Source: an uncultured bacterium
GTDB taxonomy: Bacteria > Bacillota_I > Bacilli_A > RFN20 > CAG-826
Length of the DNA stretch: 24,000 nucleotides
Reading direction: 5' to 3'
Assembly (NCBI GenBank): GCA_949297275.1
Contig: CASFQR010000003.1
Span: forward strand, 7,234 to 31,233
In this document: positions 19,537 to 24,000 of the stretch, piece by piece
Layout: each line of letters begins with the position of its first letter
How positions within the stretch are numbered: the stretch's first letter is position 1
Translations under genes and position numbers: made by a program
The notes under the pieces: model-generated
What the model saw: the letters and a program-made list of their open reading frames with translations, nothing else
Database searches by the model: none
Told to the model about the DNA's origin: nothing

Positions 19537-20019
19537 GTGAATAAAATGATAACGATTTCAATTTATGGATTTGATCAATATGCTGTTGGTCATTATTCAA
19601 AAGAAAATACCAAAAATCTCGCACAATTATTTGAAACTAGTGAAGATAATATTCTCTTTTATGCTCCTAATGCTTATTTATTACATTATGGTATGGATCA
19701 AACATCATGGAATGCAATTGTAAAAATTAATGCTCCTAGTAAATACCAGGCTTTAGAAGCTAAAGTTGCTGATTATATTTTAAAAACCATCGTGATTTAT
19801 TGCATTAATGCCAGCGTGGAATTTTATTATTATGATGAGCGAAATCGCTATGAATTTATTAACAAAGAATATCCACGTTTTTTAAGCGAGGCTAATGTTG
19901 TTAATGTTGAGCACGAAGAAATTAATGAAGAAGAAATTTATCACGGCAATATCTTCGAAAATCTTGACGAGAAGATTGAAGAAGAAATTAATAGACGAAA
20001 CAAAAACAAAAACAACTAA
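19537..20019 (+). CDS. Hypothetical protein, acidic/charged C-terminus
   Basis: 160-aa ORF preceded by SD-like AGAGGTG; no family recognised. Confidence 0.8.
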   Translation: MNKMITISIYGFDQYAVGHYSKENTKNLAQLFETSEDNILFYAPNAYLLHYGMDQTSWNAIVKINAPSKYQALEAKVADYILKTIVIYCINASVEFYYYDERNRYEFINKEYPRFLSEANVVNVEHEEINEEEIYHGNIFENLDEKIEEEINRRNKNKNN

Positions 20020-20043
20020 TTTAGAAGATGGGAGAGTGATATT

Positions 20044-21303
20044 ATGGAAGAACTTTTAATTAGTCGAGATGTTTTAAAAGATATTTATGAAAATAATTAT
20101 AATTTTCATAAAGCGATTAAAAATCGCATACCTTATAATGCAAGTGATCATAATTTAGCAAATTTAGTGTCTTCGCTAGTCGGTTCTGAACTTAGGCATC
20201 ATCTTCTTTTTGTTGAATTAGTTAATGCTTACGCAAGTGATAATTCTCGCGATAATAAATATTTACTTTATTTAGCGATGGCTAACCACCATTTTACCCA
20301 TCGCCTGAATGGTGATGAAGTACTTACTTATTTAAAAAAGCAAGATATTATTGCCGATTATAGTGTTTTACTTAGTAAGACAAATGCTTATGATTTATTG
20401 CATTTAATCGCGCCTAATAACGATTCATTGGAATTTATTTCTTATCGTTTTAACACTCCGATTAACATCATTAAAATGTGGCAAAAGAATTTTCATGAAG
20501 GTCGTACTTTCCGCATTTTAAAGGCACTTTCAAAAGGCGAAAATAATTATATTAGAGTAAATAATTTATTAACAAATAGCGCTCAAGTGATTGCAGAAAG
20601 TAACAATAATCTTGAAACTACGGATGTCGAAAATTTATTGAAATCGAAAAATAATTCTTTCGCGACAATTAAGAAATTAATCGAAGAAAATAAAGTTTTT
20701 ACGACTAAATATATTTATAAATCTCTTCTTGATAAAATTATCGCTAGTTATGGACAAACAAATGAATTCTTTGTCTATAGTGAAAAAGATCAACATTTGT
20801 TAATGGAAGCTATTTTACAAACTAATCGTACTTTAGGGTTAAATGCTTGCTTAACTAATAAAGATGATAACGCGAGAATTTTAAGATTAATTCGCGTTAA
20901 TAAATTAAAAAATGTTAATTTCTTCAATTCTAGTAGCGACTCCTTACATGCCTATGTCACTAGTAAACAAGATTTGATTATTGCAATGCCTGAATCATCA
21001 TCATTTGATTTAATAAAATCGAATCCTGATTTCTTTGTTAATTTCGATAATAAAACCATCGATAAATGTATTAAACACCAACTAGAAGTCTTAGATAATC
21101 TCGATGAATATCTTGAAGATGGTGGTTATTTGGTTTATATGATTAATACGCTAAATAAGAAAGAAAGTTCCAATGTTATTGGTACTTTCCTAAGCAAACA
21201 CCCATCTTATGTTTATATTGAATCAAAACAGATTTTTCCTTTTGAAGATGCGGGTGCTTGTTTTTATTATTGCGTAATTAAAAAGAACGAGGAGAATGCT
21301 TAA
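20044..21303 (+). CDS. RsmB-like protein, probably catalytically inactive (NusB-like N-domain plus degenerate methyltransferase domain)
   Basis: NusB-like 'NLVSSLVGSELRHHLLFV', residual RsmB C-terminal architecture 'NPDFFVNF...QLEVLDNLDEYLEDGGYLVYMINTLNKKESSNVIGTFLSKHP'; located just upstream of rlmN. Both catalytic Cys positions are replaced. Confidence 0.7.
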   Translation: MEELLISRDVLKDIYENNYNFHKAIKNRIPYNASDHNLANLVSSLVGSELRHHLLFVELVNAYASDNSRDNKYLLYLAMANHHFTHRLNGDEVLTYLKKQDIIADYSVLLSKTNAYDLLHLIAPNNDSLEFISYRFNTPINIIKMWQKNFHEGRTFRILKALSKGENNYIRVNNLLTNSAQVIAESNNNLETTDVENLLKSKNNSFATIKKLIEENKVFTTKYIYKSLLDKIIASYGQTNEFFVYSEKDQHLLMEAILQTNRTLGLNACLTNKDDNARILRLIRVNKLKNVNFFNSSSDSLHAYVTSKQDLIIAMPESSSFDLIKSNPDFFVNFDNKTIDKCIKHQLEVLDNLDEYLEDGGYLVYMINTLNKKESSNVIGTFLSKHPSYVYIESKQIFPFEDAGACFYYCVIKKNEENA

Positions 21304-22345
21304 TCTATACGATTATACTTTAGATAAATTAACTCTTTTGATGGATGAATATCATCAAAAACCTTTTCGCGCGCGACAACTTTTTAGTTGGATTTACCAA
21401 AAAGAAATGACTGATTTTGATTTAATGAGTGATATTTCAAAAGAATTTCGCGAAATTTTAAAGAGAGATTTTACAATCATTAAGCCAAAAATAGTTGTTG
21501 ATGAACTTTCAAAAGACGGAACTAGAAAACTCCTTTTAGAATATCCTGATGGCGCGAAAATCGAAACTGCTTTGATGCCTTATAATTATGGGGATGCCAT
21601 ATGTATATCTAGTCAAGTGGGATGTAATATGGGATGTTCTTTTTGCGCTTCGGGTTTATTAAAAAAAGAGAGAAATCTCACTAGTGGGGAGATGGTTGCT
21701 CAAGTTATCACGATGAACGAATTATTAAAAAAAGAGGAGCGACATGTTAGCCATGTAGTTGTTATGGGGACGGGCGAGCCTTTTGATAATTATGAAAATG
21801 TTATGGATTTTATTCGCATTATTAATTCACCCTTTGCCTTAGCCATTGGAGCGCGTCATATCTCAGTATCAACTTGCGGTATTCCTAATAAAATTAGGCG
21901 ATATGCATTGGAGGGTCTTCAAACTAATCTAGCGATTTCATTGCACGCTCCTAATGATATAATTCGTCAACAAATTATGAAAATTGCACGAGCTTATCCT
22001 CTTAGTGAATTAATGGACGCCATCAAATATTATGAAAAAACTACTAATCGTCGCGTCACCTATGAATACATTATGATTAAAGGTGTTAATGATTCACTTA
22101 AATGTGCGGAAGAATTAGTCAAATTGGTGCAAGGTTCTTTAGGTTTTGTTAATCTTATTCCCTATAATAAAATCAAAGAGATGCCTTATGAACGCAGCGA
22201 TGAAAAAACCATCCATGTTTTTTATGAATATTTATTAAAACACCATGTTCGTCCAACCGTTAGAAAAGAATTTGGTAAAGATATTAACGCGAGTTGTGGT
22301 CAATTGCGAGCTAAAGAGATCCATAAAAATGAAGAAGAATTCTAA
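21296..22345 (+). CDS. rlmN: 23S rRNA (adenine(2503)-C(2))-methyltransferase RlmN, radical SAM
   Basis: 'CISSQVGCNMGCSFCASG' (CxxxCxxC), 'VVMGTGEPFDNYENV', 'SVSTCGIPNKI', 'FVNLIPYN'. Confidence 0.96.
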   Translation: MLNLYDYTLDKLTLLMDEYHQKPFRARQLFSWIYQKEMTDFDLMSDISKEFREILKRDFTIIKPKIVVDELSKDGTRKLLLEYPDGAKIETALMPYNYGDAICISSQVGCNMGCSFCASGLLKKERNLTSGEMVAQVITMNELLKKEERHVSHVVVMGTGEPFDNYENVMDFIRIINSPFALAIGARHISVSTCGIPNKIRRYALEGLQTNLAISLHAPNDIIRQQIMKIARAYPLSELMDAIKYYEKTTNRRVTYEYIMIKGVNDSLKCAEELVKLVQGSLGFVNLIPYNKIKEMPYERSDEKTIHVFYEYLLKHHVRPTVRKEFGKDINASCGQLRAKEIHKNEEEF

Positions 22346-23084
22346 AGGTTTATTTTTTGCAAAGATTGACCGTGGTCGCGTGCGAGTCACTAACGAAGAC
22401 CAGGCCGTTGCTCTCACCAATAGTAATGGTGATATTTTATTAGCGGTCTGCGATGGGATGGGTGGTCACCAAAAAGGTGATTATGCCTCGCGTTTAGCGA
22501 TTAATATGCTCCAAGAAGCCTTTCGTAATAAAAGATCTTTTAAATTCATCTTCCTAGCAAAACTCTGGTTAAGAAATGTCATTAATGAAATTAATAAGAC
22601 AATTTATAGTGAAGGTTTTAATAATGAAGATTATAAAGATATGGGAACAACTTTAATCTGTTGTCTTTTGATTAAAGAATCGCTTATTGTCGCGAATGTG
22701 GGCGATTCGCGAGCCTATAATGTTCGTTATGATTCATTAAAAAAACTTAGTGAAGATCAAACTTATGTAAATTATTTATACCGCACTGGACAAATTAGTG
22801 AAGAAGATATCAAAACGCGTCTTGATCGCCATGTTTTAATGAATGCGGTGGGCATTTGTCCGCATGTTGATGCCGATATTCGCGTTTATCCAAATATTGG
22901 TAATCCGGTATTACTTTGTTCCGATGGCTTATATAATAATATCTCGGAACGCGAAATCTTGATGATTTTAAAAAGTGATGACCGTATCGAAAGTAAGGTT
23001 GAAACTTTGATTAATGTCGCAAATAGTAACGGCGGCAGTGATAATATTGCCATCAGTTATTGGGAGAGAATAAATAATGATTAA
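22329..23084 (+). CDS. prpC: PP2C-family serine/threonine phosphatase
   Basis: 'RVTNEDQ', 'LLAVCDGMGGHQKGDYAS', 'VGDSRAY', 'LLCSDGLYNNIS'. Start re-assigned from 22245 to ATG 22329 based on the conserved N-terminus. Confidence 0.92.
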   Translation: MKKNSKGLFFAKIDRGRVRVTNEDQAVALTNSNGDILLAVCDGMGGHQKGDYASRLAINMLQEAFRNKRSFKFIFLAKLWLRNVINEINKTIYSEGFNNEDYKDMGTTLICCLLIKESLIVANVGDSRAYNVRYDSLKKLSEDQTYVNYLYRTGQISEEDIKTRLDRHVLMNAVGICPHVDADIRVYPNIGNPVLLCSDGLYNNISEREILMILKSDDRIESKVETLINVANSNGGSDNIAISYWERINND

Positions 23085-23955
23085 GATCGGGGATCGTATT
23101 GATAATCGTTATCGAATTACTGGACGAATTGGCACTGGTGGCATGGCTGAGGTTTTTGAGGCTAATGATGTCGTTGCTAAAAAGCGCGTCGCAGTTAAAA
23201 TTATGCGTTCTGAGCTATTAGATGACCATGAAAATGTCGTGCGTTTTAAGCACGAAGCAAGCGCCTGTGCTTCTATGGATCATCCCAATATCATCAAAGT
23301 CTATTATCAAGGCATGGTCGATGATCGCCCTTATATGGTCTATGAATATATCCGCGGTCAAACCTTATATGAAAAAATTGAATTTAATACCCAGTTACCA
23401 ATTCATGAATCTTGTCAAATTATGCTGCAATTACTTGATGCTGTTAGTTACATTCATAATCACGGCATTATTCACCGCGATATTAAACCGCAAAATATCT
23501 TTTATTTACCTGATGGTTCAATCAAATTAGCGGACTTTGGCATTTCGGTTGATGCGAATATTTCTGAAACAATTTCGGAAAAAGGTATCATGGGTAGTGT
23601 CTTTTATTTGGCCCCGGAAATTTGTCAAGGTAAACCCCCAACTATTCAATCTGATATTTATTCTTTGGGAATAACTTTCTTTGAATTAATCACTGGTCGC
23701 TTACCTTATGAAGAAGGTCGCGCGGTTGATATTGCTTTATCGCAAATTAAAAAACCTTTCCCAAGTGTAACAAAATTTAGCCCGAATGTTCCTAAGGAAA
23801 TTGACCGCATCATTTTAAAAGCTTGTAAGAAAAATCCTCGCGATCGTTATGTCAATGCCTTAGAAATGTATAACGCTATCAAACGCGCGATGGATGCGCA
23901 TGATAATTATGTCGAAAAGAAAGGCTTCTTTAGAAAATTGTTTGGTTTTAAATAA
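23077..23955 (+). CDS. prkC: PrkC/Stk-type serine/threonine protein kinase, kinase domain only
   Basis: 'YRITGRIGTGGMAEVFEA', 'VAVKIM', 'IIHRDIKPQNIF', 'LADFGIS', 'SDIYSLGITFFELITGRLPY'; ends GFFRKLFGFK with no TM/PASTA segment. Confidence 0.92.
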   Translation: MIKIGDRIDNRYRITGRIGTGGMAEVFEANDVVAKKRVAVKIMRSELLDDHENVVRFKHEASACASMDHPNIIKVYYQGMVDDRPYMVYEYIRGQTLYEKIEFNTQLPIHESCQIMLQLLDAVSYIHNHGIIHRDIKPQNIFYLPDGSIKLADFGISVDANISETISEKGIMGSVFYLAPEICQGKPPTIQSDIYSLGITFFELITGRLPYEEGRAVDIALSQIKKPFPSVTKFSPNVPKEIDRIILKACKKNPRDRYVNALEMYNAIKRAMDAHDNYVEKKGFFRKLFGFK

Positions 23956-24000
23956 TGATGAAAAGATTAATTGCTAAGAATCATAATCGCTTGTTATTCA
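23955..24000 (+). CDS. Start of next gene (partial), possibly rsgA by synteny
   Basis: ATG overlapping the prkC stop (TAATG): MMKRLIAKNHNRLLF..., truncated by the window end. The rsgA call rests only on conserved order prpC-prkC-rsgA. Confidence 0.4.
   Translation, partial: MMKRLIAKNHNRLLF

Noticed and set aside
22245-22328. 28-aa N-terminal extension of the PP2C phosphatase
   Set aside because: Lies within rlmN and has no PP2C homology; conserved start is at 22329.
18676-23530. ORFs 18676-18858 (-), 22235-22420 (-) and 23222-23530 (+)
   Set aside because: Shadows of priA, rlmN/prpC and prkC coding sequences respectively.

Overview
This window looks like ordinary low-GC Firmicutes/Mollicutes-like chromosome. 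It uses the standard bacterial code: TGG for Trp, and TGA serves as a stop at 11852 and 13965 on the minus strand. I see no CRISPR array, tRNA/rRNA, transposon or recognisable defence cassette. Main blocks: (i) a DUF5677-like protein convergent with a TGS-type uridine kinase; (ii) an apparent operon of a pncA-like isochorismatase, a PPi-type phosphofructokinase, an AtpI-like membrane protein and a complete F-type ATP synthase operon (a,c,b,delta,alpha,gamma,beta,epsilon); (iii) a thioredoxin-like lipoprotein divergent from a family I pyrophosphatase; (iv) surE, a choline-kinase-like protein and trmL; (v) a housekeeping cluster of RqcH/NFACT, gmk, priA, an unknown ORF, an rsmB-like gene, rlmN, a PP2C phosphatase, a Ser/Thr kinase and a partial CDS. 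Most noteworthy observations: the rsmB-position gene has lost both catalytic cysteines and the SAM-binding segment (apparent pseudoenzyme); five genes share -10 hexamer + exactly 7 nt + ATG without Shine-Dalgarno (candidate leaderless mRNAs); the ATP synthase c subunit has a two-carboxylate motif; a 66-bp-period tandem repeat lies upstream of pncA; a PPi-PFK is embedded upstream of the ATP synthase genes; the PrkC-like kinase lacks TM and PASTA regions; the NFACT protein is short with an altered DR motif; and an unknown ORF sits where def-fmt is usually found. No obviously new multi-gene system was identified.
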